49,573 nt of DNA. Source: an uncultured Armatimonadia bacterium. GTDB lineage: Bacteria > Armatimonadota > Zipacnadia > Zipacnadales > FEN-943. The stretch lies in NCBI GenBank assembly GCA_964608495.1, contig CAZSOQ010000003.1, forward strand, positions 1-49,573. Direction: 5' to 3'. The notes under the pieces are model-generated. The model was not told where the DNA came from. It worked only from the letters and a program-made list of their open reading frames with translations, and searched no databases. Of the stretch, positions 19,275-29,153 are shown piece by piece (positions within the stretch are counted from its first letter, which is position 1; every line of letters starts with the position of its first letter). Made by a program: the position numbers and the translations under genes.

Positions 19275-19961
19275 ATGGTCTATCTCGAAGACGTCACAGT
19301 CGTATATCCCAACGGCACGCGCGCGGTAACCGAGGTTTCCCTGCACATCGAACGCGGGGAGTTCGTCTTCATCGTCGGGCCATCCGGGTCCGGGAAGAGC
19401 ACCCTCCTGCAACTGATCTACAGGGAGATTCCCCCCACGGCGGGGCGGGTGATCGTGGCATCGCAAGACGTCACGGCCCTTCTGGGCTCGCGGGTGCCCT
19501 ACCTGCGCCGGATCGTGGGGGTCGTGTTCCAGGACTTCCGGCTTCTCCCGGAGAGGACCGTGTGGGAGAACGTGGGGTTCGCCCTGGACGTGGTGGGGGC
19601 CTCCAGGCGGGAGAAGTTCCGCAGAGTGCCGGTGGCACTGGAGCTGGTGGGGCTGGCCGAGAAGGCTCAGGTCTACCCGAACGAGCTGTCGGCGGGCGAA
19701 CAGCAAAGGGTCTCGATAGCTCGGGCGCTGGTCAACGCGCCCCAGGTGTTGCTGGCGGACGAGCCGACGGGGAATCTGGACCCCGAGATCTCCTGGGAGA
19801 TCGTGCAGATCCTGGCCGACATCGCGGACCGAGGCACCACGGTTATCGTGGCAACGCACGACAGGGAGATCGTTAATCGGCTGAGGCGGCGAGTGGTCAG
19901 TATCACCAGCGGACGGATAGTGAGAGACGACCGCTCTGGTGGCGGATACGATGACGCTTAA
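19275..19961 (+). CDS. ftsE: Cell division ATP-binding protein FtsE
   Basis: Walker A GPSGSGKST, VVFQDFRLL, LSAGEQQRVSIARA, LADEPTGNLDP, ATHD; directly followed by ftsX. Confidence 0.93.
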   Translation: MVYLEDVTVVYPNGTRAVTEVSLHIERGEFVFIVGPSGSGKSTLLQLIYREIPPTAGRVIVASQDVTALLGSRVPYLRRIVGVVFQDFRLLPERTVWENVGFALDVVGASRREKFRRVPVALELVGLAEKAQVYPNELSAGEQQRVSIARALVNAPQVLLADEPTGNLDPEISWEIVQILADIADRGTTVIVATHDREIVNRLRRRVVSITSGRIVRDDRSGGGYDDA

Positions 19962-20826
19962 TACGCTGGAATTCCTGCTACAAGAGAGCTGGACGTCTAT
20001 CAGGAGGAATGGGATTATCTCGGCGGCGGCCGTGACAAACATCACGGTAGTACTCATAGTAGCCGGAATCTTTGTGCTTCTGTCCGCAAACGTTGACTTC
20101 TGGCTGGGCGCTCAGGCCAAGAAGGCGACGATCACGGTAGACCTGGCCGCCGACGCCGACACGGGCGAGGTAGAGGCGGCGATGCTGGCTGACGAGCGCG
20201 TCGCGCGGACCCAATTCCGGACGAAGGACGAGAATCTGCGCGATCTCTTCCAGCGGCAGGGCTGGGACCTCAAGACGATGAAGTACCTGGACAACCCTCT
20301 GCCCGACTCGCTCGTGGTGGAGACGGTGAACCCGGAGGACGTGCCTGCCGTTGGGCAGATGGCGAGCGGCGTGAAGGGTGTCACAGGGGTGCACTACGCG
20401 CAGGACGTGGCGGTGCGGCTGCTTAAGCTGATCCGCGGGGCGAAGCTGACGGGGGCGGCGCTGAGCATGGTTTTGGCGGCGGCGGCTCTGGTCGTCGTAG
20501 CGACGACCATCAGGCTGACGATCTACGCGCGACGGCGTGAGATCAGGATTATGCAGCTTGTCGGAGCGACGCACTGGTTCGTGCGCCTTCCCTTCCTGCT
20601 GGAGGGGGTCATGTACGGGGCGGGCAGCGGGATGATCTCGGCGGTCTTCCTGTTGGCGGGCTACGCCTACCTCGACGAGCAGGTCGACAAGACACTCCCG
20701 TTCTTGCAGCTAGTGTTCGGCCCGAGGGCTTTGGCCTTGCTGGGGCTGGGCAGCGTGGCCGCGGGACTGGTCCTGGGCTTGGCGGGCAGTGTGCTGGCGA
20801 CGCGGGAGTACCTGCGGGAGGTATGA
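19951..20826 (+). CDS. ftsX: Permease-like cell division protein FtsX
   Basis: NPLPDS, TIRLTIYARRREIRIMQLVGATHWFVRLPFLLEG; overlaps ftsE. Confidence 0.93.
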   Translation: MTLNTLEFLLQESWTSIRRNGIISAAAVTNITVVLIVAGIFVLLSANVDFWLGAQAKKATITVDLAADADTGEVEAAMLADERVARTQFRTKDENLRDLFQRQGWDLKTMKYLDNPLPDSLVVETVNPEDVPAVGQMASGVKGVTGVHYAQDVAVRLLKLIRGAKLTGAALSMVLAAAALVVVATTIRLTIYARRREIRIMQLVGATHWFVRLPFLLEGVMYGAGSGMISAVFLLAGYAYLDEQVDKTLPFLQLVFGPRALALLGLGSVAAGLVLGLAGSVLATREYLREV

Positions 20827-20829
20827 GCG

Positions 20830-21948
20830 ATGAGACGACGGCTGGCACGAGGTCTGGCAGCGGCTCTGGGCATTACGCTAATGGTTGGGCTGGCCCAGGT
20901 GGCAACGGCCCAGTCGAGCTCCCAGTTGCGCCAGATCAGGCGCAGCAAGTCCAGGGTGCAGCAGAAGCTGCGCACGGTGAAGACCAAGCAGAAGGTGGCG
21001 GAGAACAAGCTCGTTCAGGCCCAGCAGGAGTTGGACGGGGCGCGGGCGCGGCTGCGCGCGGCGCGAGCGCAGTTGAGGGCCACGAGGGACCACATCACAC
21101 GCGTCAGGAAGGAACTGGCCGGGACGGAAGCCAGGCTCAAGCAGCACGAGGCCGCCTTCGGGGAGCGACTGCGCACGCTGTACGCGTCGTCACAGCCGAC
21201 GGCCCTGGCGCTGGTTCTGGAGGTATCCGACTACGAGGACCTGAGCAACCGGGTGCGATTCGCCAAGATGGTGGCCGACCAGGACCACGAGCTGCTGGTA
21301 CGGCTGGTGCAGTTCGGGGAGAAGCTGTCCAACCGGAAGGCCGAACTGGGCCGCCTGGAGGCCCAGCAGGCCGTTTACCACTCCCAGGTTCAGGCCGAGA
21401 CGAAGCAGGTTGCCGTGCAGGAGCACAAGACGCGCCAGCTCCTCAGCAACATCACGAGCGACAGGGAGCGACTGGAGTCCGAGCTGGCCGAACTGGACGC
21501 CGAGTCAAGGCGCATAGAGCAGATGCTGGCATCGTCGGGCAGGTCCTACAGGTACAGCGGGAAATGGTCGGGCAGCTTGCTGAAGCCCGTACCCGGGAGG
21601 GTAAGCAGCGGGTTCGGGATGCGGATGCACCCCATCTTGCACTACCGACGGATGCACACCGGGGTGGACCTCTCGGCCTCGAGTGGCACCCCGATCAGGG
21701 CGGCGGACAAGGGATTGGTGGTATACGCGGGCTGGCGCGGCGGGTACGGCAAGTGTGTTATCATAGACCACGGCAGCGGGGTCGCGACCCTCTACGCCCA
21801 CATGTCCAGCATCAGTGTGGGGGCGGGGTGTGTGGTGTCGAGGGGCTCGGTCATCGGGGCGGTGGGCAGCACGGGGCTGTCCACGGGGCCCCATCTGCAT
21901 TTCGAGGTGCGAAAGAACGGCCGGCCAGTTGACCCGCTGTCCTACTAG
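20830..21948 (+). CDS. EnvC-like coiled-coil + M23 peptidase
   Basis: Signal peptide, long coiled coil, HTGVD and TGPHLHFEVR Zn motifs. Confidence 0.92.
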   Translation: MRRRLARGLAAALGITLMVGLAQVATAQSSSQLRQIRRSKSRVQQKLRTVKTKQKVAENKLVQAQQELDGARARLRAARAQLRATRDHITRVRKELAGTEARLKQHEAAFGERLRTLYASSQPTALALVLEVSDYEDLSNRVRFAKMVADQDHELLVRLVQFGEKLSNRKAELGRLEAQQAVYHSQVQAETKQVAVQEHKTRQLLSNITSDRERLESELAELDAESRRIEQMLASSGRSYRYSGKWSGSLLKPVPGRVSSGFGMRMHPILHYRRMHTGVDLSASSGTPIRAADKGLVVYAGWRGGYGKCVIIDHGSGVATLYAHMSSISVGAGCVVSRGSVIGAVGSTGLSTGPHLHFEVRKNGRPVDPLSY

Positions 21949-21979
21949 CCAAGCCGGTCTGCGAACGGAGGAGTCCTAC

Positions 21980-23296
21980 GTGAGGGCTGACAGCCGCCTC
22001 AAGCGGACGATTGTTGTCCTAGTGGTAGCCGCGAGCTTTGTCATTGGGGTCCTGGCGGGGCGAAGCGTGACACTGGTCGGCACAGCCGAGCCGGTGAGGA
22101 TGGCCGACATGGTGCCCCAGACGGTCAGGTTCCAGAAGGCCCTGGACGTGGCGTCGCCCACGGACCTGCGTCCACTGGCAACCTTCTGGGAAGTGCGCGA
22201 GAAGATCAAGCGCAACTTCGTCTTCCCCATCACGGATGACAGCCAGCTCACCTACGGGGCCATCCGCGGGATGCTCGAGTCGCTGGACGATCCCTATTCG
22301 CGGTTCATGACCCCGGAGGAGTACAGGGACTTCCAGTCCGAGAGCGAGAAGGGGCGGTTCTCGGGGATCGGGGCGGTGCTGGACAGGTACAAGAACCCTG
22401 ACACGGACGAGTGGCAGATAGTGGTCAGCTCAGTGCTGCCGGACGGGCCGGCGTCGAAGACGGCACTGAGGCCCGGTGACGTGATCGTGGGCGTGGACGA
22501 CAAGGGCGTGCAGGACCTGGCCCTGTACAAGGTGGTGGACCTGATCCGCGGCCAGGCGGGGACGGAAGTGAAGCTGACGGTGACGCGGCAGGGCCTGGCT
22601 GAGCCGCTGGAGATCACCATAGAGCGCGGGGACGTGGAGGTGCCAGCCGTCGAGTACGAGATGCTGCCGGGCAACATCGGCTATGTGTGGCTGAGGAACT
22701 TCAACCGCCAGGCACCAGCCAAGATGCGCGAGGCGCTGACGGACCTCAAGCAGAAGGGCATGAAGGGGCTACTGCTGGACCTGTCGCTGGACCCGGGAGG
22801 CATCCTGGACGTGGCGGTGGAAGTGGCGGACATGTTCATTGACGGCGGCCCGGTGGTGTGGATCCGAGAGCGCGGGGCCGAGCCGGAGGCGCTGACGGCC
22901 CGCAAGGATGTCTTGGTGCCCAAGGACTTCCCCATGGCCTGCCTCATTGACCACGGATCGGCCTCGGCGTCGGAGATCCTGGCGGGGTGCCTGCAGGACA
23001 CCAAGCGAGCCCCGATCGTCGGTCAGCACAGCTTCGGGAAGTCCAAGGTCCAGACGGTGATCGAGCTGAACGACCACTCCGCGCTGGTGCTTACCACGGC
23101 CATCTACCTCACGCCGCAGAAGCGCGATATCGGCGAGGAGTGGGGGAAGGGCAAGCGTGGCGTCAAGCCGGACGTGGAGTTCACCGACACGGACCCCGAT
23201 GCCCACACGACCTACAAGGACTGGCATGACGAGCAGAGGAAGAAGGCTGTCGAGTTCCTGCGCAAGCAGATGGCGGGCGAGGCCGCGGCTGGGTAG
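21980..23296 (+). CDS. S41 family carboxy-terminal processing protease (CtpA-like) with a PDZ domain
   Basis: LDDPYS, FSGIG PDZ loop, DPGG, SASASEI, FGK; GGAGGAG RBS. Confidence 0.92.
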   Translation: MRADSRLKRTIVVLVVAASFVIGVLAGRSVTLVGTAEPVRMADMVPQTVRFQKALDVASPTDLRPLATFWEVREKIKRNFVFPITDDSQLTYGAIRGMLESLDDPYSRFMTPEEYRDFQSESEKGRFSGIGAVLDRYKNPDTDEWQIVVSSVLPDGPASKTALRPGDVIVGVDDKGVQDLALYKVVDLIRGQAGTEVKLTVTRQGLAEPLEITIERGDVEVPAVEYEMLPGNIGYVWLRNFNRQAPAKMREALTDLKQKGMKGLLLDLSLDPGGILDVAVEVADMFIDGGPVVWIRERGAEPEALTARKDVLVPKDFPMACLIDHGSASASEILAGCLQDTKRAPIVGQHSFGKSKVQTVIELNDHSALVLTTAIYLTPQKRDIGEEWGKGKRGVKPDVEFTDTDPDAHTTYKDWHDEQRKKAVEFLRKQMAGEAAAG

Positions 23297-23332
23297 CGAG
23301 GGGACGCAGGCCGGCGTTGCCTGGGGGGCAAA

Positions 23333-24400
23333 GTGACTCCTAAGGTTGCTCCGCAACCTCCAGAGAACGAGGAGCGACTGCGCAGGCGCAAGTCCAAAGC
23401 GCCTTCCTCGAGCGCCCTAGTGGCGGAGCTGCATTTCCTGCGGGCGCTGTCACTACTGTTCTTCGTGGTGGCGCTGGTGGCACTCCTGGCGCTGCGGGTG
23501 GGCGGCTGTCGCGGGCCGGCGCGGGCGATCCTCGTCAATGGCGAGACGGTCTGCTACGTGCACGACGAGAGAGCGGCCGAGGAGGTCCGGCGGCGGGTCG
23601 TGAGCCAGGCGCTGGGAGACCTGGGGGGCGAGGCAGGCATCGAGGAGCGCTGGGAAGTGGTGCGGCCCAAGACCGTCAGCGTGGACGAGGCGGTGGAGCT
23701 GTTGCAGGGCCTCGTGCGCGTGCAGGTCGAGGCGGTGGGCATCGAGGTCGAGGGCACGGTGCTGGTGTGCTTGCCGACCGAGACCCAGGCTCAGCAGGCG
23801 CTCCAGCTCCTCAAGCAGCACTATACCCCGCAGGGCGAGAGACTGCTGGAGCAGCCCAAGTTCCGCCAGAAGGTGCGGATGCTGCCGGAGACCGTCAGGC
23901 CGGAGGAAGTGGTCCGGGACGTGGAGAAGGCGGCCGAGAAGCTCATCGCCAGCGGCGGCGAACGCATCTACACGGTGAACAGAGGCGATCACCCCTCGAA
24001 GATAGCCCAGGCCTTCGGGATGAGCGTGCAGGCGCTGTTCCAGCTCAACCCCGGGATCAAGGGCCGCGACCTAAGGGTCGGCGAGACGGTCAGGGTCTCC
24101 TCGGACAAGCCCCTGCTGACAGTGGTGACGGTCCGAGAGGTGAAGGTGCGTAAGCAGACCCCCCCGCCCGAGCAGGTGGTAGAGACGGACTCGCTGCTGC
24201 GGGGGGAGAAGCGCGTGGTCAGGGAAGGGGAGCCCGGCGAGAAGGTACTGACCCTGAAGGCGGTCTTCGAGAACGACAAGCGGGTGAAGGCCCAGACGCT
24301 GGATGAGCGGGTCATCAAACAGCCCGAGGCGCGGCGAGTGATGGTTGGCACGCGAGAGCCGCCGGCCGCGGGAGCTTCCCCGGAGGCGCCAGCCGACTAG
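23333..24400 (+). CDS. Membrane-anchored LysM + G5 domain protein
   Basis: N-terminal TM; YTVNRGDHPSKIAQAFGMSVQALFQLNP (LysM); LLRGEKRVVREGEPG...VMVGT (G5). Confidence 0.85.
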   Translation: MTPKVAPQPPENEERLRRRKSKAPSSSALVAELHFLRALSLLFFVVALVALLALRVGGCRGPARAILVNGETVCYVHDERAAEEVRRRVVSQALGDLGGEAGIEERWEVVRPKTVSVDEAVELLQGLVRVQVEAVGIEVEGTVLVCLPTETQAQQALQLLKQHYTPQGERLLEQPKFRQKVRMLPETVRPEEVVRDVEKAAEKLIASGGERIYTVNRGDHPSKIAQAFGMSVQALFQLNPGIKGRDLRVGETVRVSSDKPLLTVVTVREVKVRKQTPPPEQVVETDSLLRGEKRVVREGEPGEKVLTLKAVFENDKRVKAQTLDERVIKQPEARRVMVGTREPPAAGASPEAPAD

Positions 24401-24499
24401 AGCCCCGGCCAGCAGGTGAGGATGTGCGGCGACGGGGCCGGCGCGCCGACGGCCCTGGAGGCTGCGGAGCACCCTCAGGGCAGGTGAAGGTCCACCACG

Positions 24500-25246
24500 A
24501 TGAGGATTTCCGTCATCGCCTGCGAGATCATGTTTCGTGAGCTGTGCCTCGCGGCGGCCGAGAGCCCCGTAGTGGTGGACCTGCACTTCCTGCGCAAGGG
24601 CCTCCACGACAACCCGGAGGTGCTGCGCGAGGCCGTGCAGGAGCGGATTGACGGGGCGGACTGCGCTCAGACGGAAGCAGTGGTGCTCGGCTACGGCCTG
24701 TGCAGCAACGGGACGGTGGGCCTGCGGGCGGGCGATCTGCGGCTGGTGGTGCCCCGCGCCCACGACTGCATCACGCTGTTCCTAGGCTCCCGCCAGCGCT
24801 ATGCCCGCATCTTCGCCGAGCGCCCCGGGACCTACTACTACACGAGCGGATGGCTCGAGCGCGGCGGCGATCGGACGCCCCAGCCGCCGGACAAGGGCGG
24901 CGGGTTGATGGATCAGGCTTACGAGGACCTCGTGGCGAAGTATGGGGAGGACAACGCCCGGTACCTGATGGAATTCCAGGGCCACTGGCGCACCAACTAC
25001 ACCCATGCCTGCTACGTGCGCATGCCCCTGTCCCACCGGGAGGAGTACCGGGAGCAGGTGAGACAAGTTGCCGAGGAGAACGGCTGGGAGTACCTGGAGA
25101 TCGAGGGGGACGATGCGCTGGTGCGCGGGATGGTGAGCGGGGACTGGGACGAGAGGGATTTCCTCATCGTGCCGCCCGGGCAGGCCGTGGCGGCGAGCTA
25201 CGACGACTGCGTGCTGCGCTGCGCCGCGGGCGGCTGTCAGGAGTAG
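24500..25246 (+). CDS. DUF1638 domain-containing protein
   Basis: VIACE, GLHDNPE, LGYGLCSNG, PRAHDCITLFLGS, GTYYYTSGW, KYGEDNA. Confidence 0.85.
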   Translation: MRISVIACEIMFRELCLAAAESPVVVDLHFLRKGLHDNPEVLREAVQERIDGADCAQTEAVVLGYGLCSNGTVGLRAGDLRLVVPRAHDCITLFLGSRQRYARIFAERPGTYYYTSGWLERGGDRTPQPPDKGGGLMDQAYEDLVAKYGEDNARYLMEFQGHWRTNYTHACYVRMPLSHREEYREQVRQVAEENGWEYLEIEGDDALVRGMVSGDWDERDFLIVPPGQAVAASYDDCVLRCAAGGCQE

Positions 25247-25250
25247 GCCA

Positions 25251-26156
25251 GTGGCAAACCTTCCGGAGGCCCGGGAAGAACTGAGAGCAGGACTGGCGGC
25301 GACCGCGCGCGCCGTGGACACTCGCCTTGAGGAGTACCTGCCGACGCCAGAGGGCTTGGCGGGGGACATCGGGAAGGCCGTGCGCCATTCGCTGACGGGG
25401 GGCAAGCGTGTAAGGCCCTTCGTGGTGCGACTGGCGGCGGAGACCTTCGGGCTGGACGCCGAGCGGGTGACGCCGGCGGCCTGCGCCTTCGAGCTGCTGC
25501 ACACGGCGACGCTGATTCACGACGATCTGCCGGCGATAGACGATGCGGACCTGCGGCGCGGGCAGGCGAGCTGTCACGCGGCCTTCGGCGAGCCGACCGC
25601 GATCCTGGCCGGGGACGCATTGATCGTGGCGGCCTTCGATGCCCTGGCCGCGCAGGCCGAGGAGCCGGCGACGCCCGCGGAGGCCGTGGCACGCGTGCTG
25701 CGGGAGTTCGCTCAGGCCGTGCAGACCGTGGTCCGCGGTGAGGCCGTGGACATACAAGCCGAGGCGGAACCACCCTCGGCGGAGCTTCTCGACTTCATCC
25801 ACCGCCACAAGACGGCGGCGCTGTTCGTGGGCGCAGCGAGGGCTGGCGCCCTGCTGGCGGGAGCGCCCGAGGAGGGCCTCCAGGCGCTGACGGACCATGC
25901 TCAGGCCGCGGGCCTGCTGTTCCAGGTGACCGACGACCTGCTGGACGTGGAGGGAACGACCGAGGAGCTGGGCAAGCCGGCGGGCGCGGACGCTCGGGCG
26001 GGTAAGCAGACCTACCCGGCCGTCTACGGAGTGGAGGAGACGCGGCGACGCGCGGAGGCACTGGCGGAGGAGGCGCGGGCCGCGGCCGGTCGTCTGCCGG
26101 CGAAGCAGGCCGTCTGGCTGGCCCTGGTGCAGCTCATTCTGGAGCGCAGGTCCTAG
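25251..26156 (+). CDS. Short-chain polyprenyl diphosphate synthase (IspA/CrtE family)
   Basis: GGKRVRP, FARM IHDDLPAIDDADLRRG, KT, SARM FQVTDDLLD, GKPAGAD, TYP. Confidence 0.93.
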   Translation: MANLPEAREELRAGLAATARAVDTRLEEYLPTPEGLAGDIGKAVRHSLTGGKRVRPFVVRLAAETFGLDAERVTPAACAFELLHTATLIHDDLPAIDDADLRRGQASCHAAFGEPTAILAGDALIVAAFDALAAQAEEPATPAEAVARVLREFAQAVQTVVRGEAVDIQAEAEPPSAELLDFIHRHKTAALFVGAARAGALLAGAPEEGLQALTDHAQAAGLLFQVTDDLLDVEGTTEELGKPAGADARAGKQTYPAVYGVEETRRRAEALAEEARAAAGRLPAKQAVWLALVQLILERRS

Positions 26157-26169
26157 CGCGAGGATGCCG

Positions 26170-27069
26170 ATGAGGATCGTCGTCAGCCCCCACTCCGGGT
26201 TCTGCTTCGGTGTACACCGCGCGATCGAGGTGGCGCTGGAAGCCGTGCGGGAGCACGGCAAGGTGTACTGCGTAGGCCCCCTCATCCACAACCGCCAGGC
26301 GGTCGAGGAGCTGAGGAGGGAGGGCCTGGACACGGTGGCGAGTCTGGACGACGTGCCCGCCGGGGCTCCGGTCCTGGTGCGGACCCACGGCGCGGGGCCG
26401 GAGCTTTACCGCAGGAGCGAAGCCGGCGCCCACGAGCTGATAGACGCGACCTGTCCCTTTGTCATGCGCGCCCAAGAGGCGGCGCGGCAGTACCAGGAAG
26501 AGGGGTACCAGGTGCTGGTGCTGGGAGACAAACAGCACCCGGAGGCCCAGGGGATCGTCCAGCACACGGGCGACAAGGCCATTGTCATACAGGGCGCCGA
26601 GGAGCTGGCGGAGATCGAGGTCCGCGGCCGCGTGGCAGTGGTGTGCCAGACGACGCAGCGTGTGGGACAGCTCCAGGCCCTGGTGGAGGCGCTGATGCCG
26701 CTGACGAGGGAGCTTCGAGTGGCGAACACCATCTGCGATGCGACGACCCAGCGGCAGCAGGCCTCGGAGGAGCTGGCGCGGGAAGTGGACGTGATGATAG
26801 TGGTCGGCGGCTACCACTCGGCGAACACGAGCCGGCTGGCTCAGATCTGCGCGGCGACGGGAACGCCCACACACCACGTGGAGACGGCGGAGGAACTGGA
26901 GGACGCCTGGTTCGCGGGAGCCGATGTGGCGGGCGTGAGCGCCGGGGCCTCGACGCCGGACGAGGCGATCGCGGCGGTGGCGGAGAGGGTAGCGGAGCTG
27001 GGCGGCGAGGGGAGCAGGATCGAGTGGTCCGGCCGCAACAAGTCCCGAGGAGGCGAGGTGAGCCGATAG
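26170..27069 (+). CDS. ispH: 4-hydroxy-3-methylbut-2-enyl diphosphate reductase
   Basis: GFCFGV, IHN, THG, DATCPFV, HPE, QTT, TICDAT, SANT, AGASTP. Confidence 0.96.
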   Translation: MRIVVSPHSGFCFGVHRAIEVALEAVREHGKVYCVGPLIHNRQAVEELRREGLDTVASLDDVPAGAPVLVRTHGAGPELYRRSEAGAHELIDATCPFVMRAQEAARQYQEEGYQVLVLGDKQHPEAQGIVQHTGDKAIVIQGAEELAEIEVRGRVAVVCQTTQRVGQLQALVEALMPLTRELRVANTICDATTQRQQASEELAREVDVMIVVGGYHSANTSRLAQICAATGTPTHHVETAEELEDAWFAGADVAGVSAGASTPDEAIAAVAERVAELGGEGSRIEWSGRNKSRGGEVSR

Positions 27070-28016
27070 TGGCCATCACTGACTTCGATCAGCTCATGGT
27101 GACCGTGCGGGACCTGCCTGAGTACAAGGTGGCGGTGGCCGCGGCCAACGGCGAGCTGGTGCTGGCAGGCGCGATGCAGGCCCTGACGGAGAAGGTGGCC
27201 GAGCCGGTGTTCTTCGGCGACGCGCGGGCGATCGCCAAGACCGCGGCGGAGGCGGGCCTGAACCTGACCGGGGCGGAGATCGTGGATGTGCCCGGCGAGC
27301 TCGAGGCGGTGAGCCGCGCGGTGGACGCGGCGGCCTCGGGCGAGTGCCCCATGCTCATGAAGGGGCACGTCCACACCGACGACTTCCTGCGGGCGGTGCT
27401 GCGCCGGGAGGGCGGGCTGAGGTGTGCGGACGTGCTGATGAGCCACGTCTTCATCCTGGAGGCGACGTCGCTGGGCAGGCTGCTGTTCGTGACGGACGGG
27501 GCGATGAACATAGCCCCTGATCTGGAACAGAAGGCACAGATTATCCAGAACGCCGTCTACCTGGCGCGGTGCTTCGGGGTCGAGGAGCCGCGCGTCGGGG
27601 CCGTGGGGGCCGTGGAGCTGGTGGACCCCAAGATGCCGGTGACGGTGGAGGCGGCGGCCTTCGCGGGGATGGACCGGCGAGGACAGATCCCGCACTGCAT
27701 CGTGGATGGGCCCTTCGGCCTGGACAACGCGGTGAGCCGGGAGGCGGCGCGGGTGAAGGGCCTGGAAGGCCCCGTGGCGGGGCAATGTGATATACTCCTG
27801 ATGCCCGACATCGAAGCGGGCAACATAATGGCAAAGACCTTCTCCTTTCTGAGCGGCGGGCGGTCGGCGGGGGTGGTAGTAGGGGCCGCGGTGCCGATCG
27901 TGCTGACCTCGCGGGCCGACAGCGCCGAGGCGAGGCTCTTCTCGATGGCAACGGCCGCGCTGATGGCCAACATGTCCCGCGATGCCTGCATGAAGATCGG
28001 GAAGGTGCACTACTGA
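27069..28016 (+). CDS. ptb: Phosphate acetyl/butyryltransferase
   Basis: LMKG, TDGAMNIAPDLEQK, DGPFGLDNAVS, PDIEAGNIMAK, VLTSRAD; GTG start overlaps the ispH stop. Confidence 0.88.
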   Translation: MAITDFDQLMVTVRDLPEYKVAVAAANGELVLAGAMQALTEKVAEPVFFGDARAIAKTAAEAGLNLTGAEIVDVPGELEAVSRAVDAAASGECPMLMKGHVHTDDFLRAVLRREGGLRCADVLMSHVFILEATSLGRLLFVTDGAMNIAPDLEQKAQIIQNAVYLARCFGVEEPRVGAVGAVELVDPKMPVTVEAAAFAGMDRRGQIPHCIVDGPFGLDNAVSREAARVKGLEGPVAGQCDILLMPDIEAGNIMAKTFSFLSGGRSAGVVVGAAVPIVLTSRADSAEARLFSMATAALMANMSRDACMKIGKVHY

Positions 28017-28092
28017 CGCGCACGCCGCCGGCAGGCCGGACAGGCAGGCGGCGGCAGGTCGCGGGTTCCCCACGGCGGACGCACGGAGGGCG

Positions 28093-28980
28093 ATGGCCAT
28101 GTTCAGACTGGGCGTGATCAGCGACGAGGTGTCGCAGGACTTCGAGCGCGTGATGCAGGTCCTGCAGGAGTTCGGAGTCCCCACGGTGGAGCCGCGCTCG
28201 GTGTGGGACAAGAACCCGCAGCAGCTCGAGGACGAGGATATCGCGCGCATGAAGGCGCTGATGGCACAGTACGGGATAGAGTGCTGCTCGATAGCCACGC
28301 CCTTCCTCAAGTGCGACGTGGGCGACGCCGAGCAGTACGCGGAGCACCTGGGGATCCTGAGGCGGTGCCTGGCGCTGGCGCAGGAGCTTGGCGCGCCGGT
28401 GATACGAACCTTCGTGTTCTGGCGCACGGGCCCGGCGCGGGACGTCTGGCAGCGGCTTCTCGACGCCTACGAGGAGCCCGTGAAGCTGGCCGAAGAGGCC
28501 GGCGTGACCCTGTGCCTGGAGAACGAAGCCTCGACGCACCTGGCCACAGCCCAGGAGACGGCGGAGTTCTGCGCGGCCGTCAACCACCCGCGGGTGCGGG
28601 CCATCTGGGACCCGGCCAACGAGGTGTATGCCGAGGAGGGCGTGCTGCCCTTTCCCGATGCCTTCGAGCGGATCAGGCCCTGGATGATCCACATGCACAT
28701 CAAGGACGCGGTGAAGGGCCCGGACGGGGAGGCGCGCTGCGTGCCCGTGGGTGACGGCGGATACATAGACTACCCGGCGCAGTTCAGGGCCCTGATGGAC
28801 ATGGGCTACGAGGGCGTCTGCTCCCTCGAGACCCACTGGCGGCCCACGGAGGAGCTGGACGAGGACCTGCTGAACCGCCCGGGCGGCTCGGCCTTCTCGG
28901 CGACGGGCGAGCCGGCCACTCGCCTCTGCCTGGAGAAGATCCAGGCGATGCTGGCGAGCATCGGGGGGCGGGCCGGGTAG
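28093..28980 (+). CDS. Sugar phosphate isomerase/epimerase TIM-barrel protein
   Basis: GVISDEVSQD, LENE, WDPAN, HMHIKD, SLETH. Confidence 0.85.
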   Translation: MAMFRLGVISDEVSQDFERVMQVLQEFGVPTVEPRSVWDKNPQQLEDEDIARMKALMAQYGIECCSIATPFLKCDVGDAEQYAEHLGILRRCLALAQELGAPVIRTFVFWRTGPARDVWQRLLDAYEEPVKLAEEAGVTLCLENEASTHLATAQETAEFCAAVNHPRVRAIWDPANEVYAEEGVLPFPDAFERIRPWMIHMHIKDAVKGPDGEARCVPVGDGGYIDYPAQFRALMDMGYEGVCSLETHWRPTEELDEDLLNRPGGSAFSATGEPATRLCLEKIQAMLASIGGRAG

Positions 28981-29000
28981 CCAGGGCCGATCGGGTCGAA

Positions 29001-29022
29001 GGGCCCGGCAGACGCCGGGCCC
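29001..29022. terminator. Perfect 9-bp hairpin after the long plus-strand operon, possible terminator
   Basis: GGGCCCGGC-AGAC-GCCGGGCCC; no U-tract. Confidence 0.4.
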
Positions 29023-29153
29023 CGAGGACCGGCACTCCTTCCCGAGCTTGCATCCTGCGGACGAGGACGAGGCGGCGCGGGGCGGGCCTGGGCCTGGTGG
29101 CGTCGGAGTAGTTCCCCGCGGGCCGTGCCAGCTCCCGACGGAGGTAAGCTCAG

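Noticed and set aside
19680-19710. FtsE signature LSAGEQQR instead of LSGGEQQR as a sign of inactivation
   Set aside because: It is a conservative variant seen in ABC ATPases, and all other motifs are intact.
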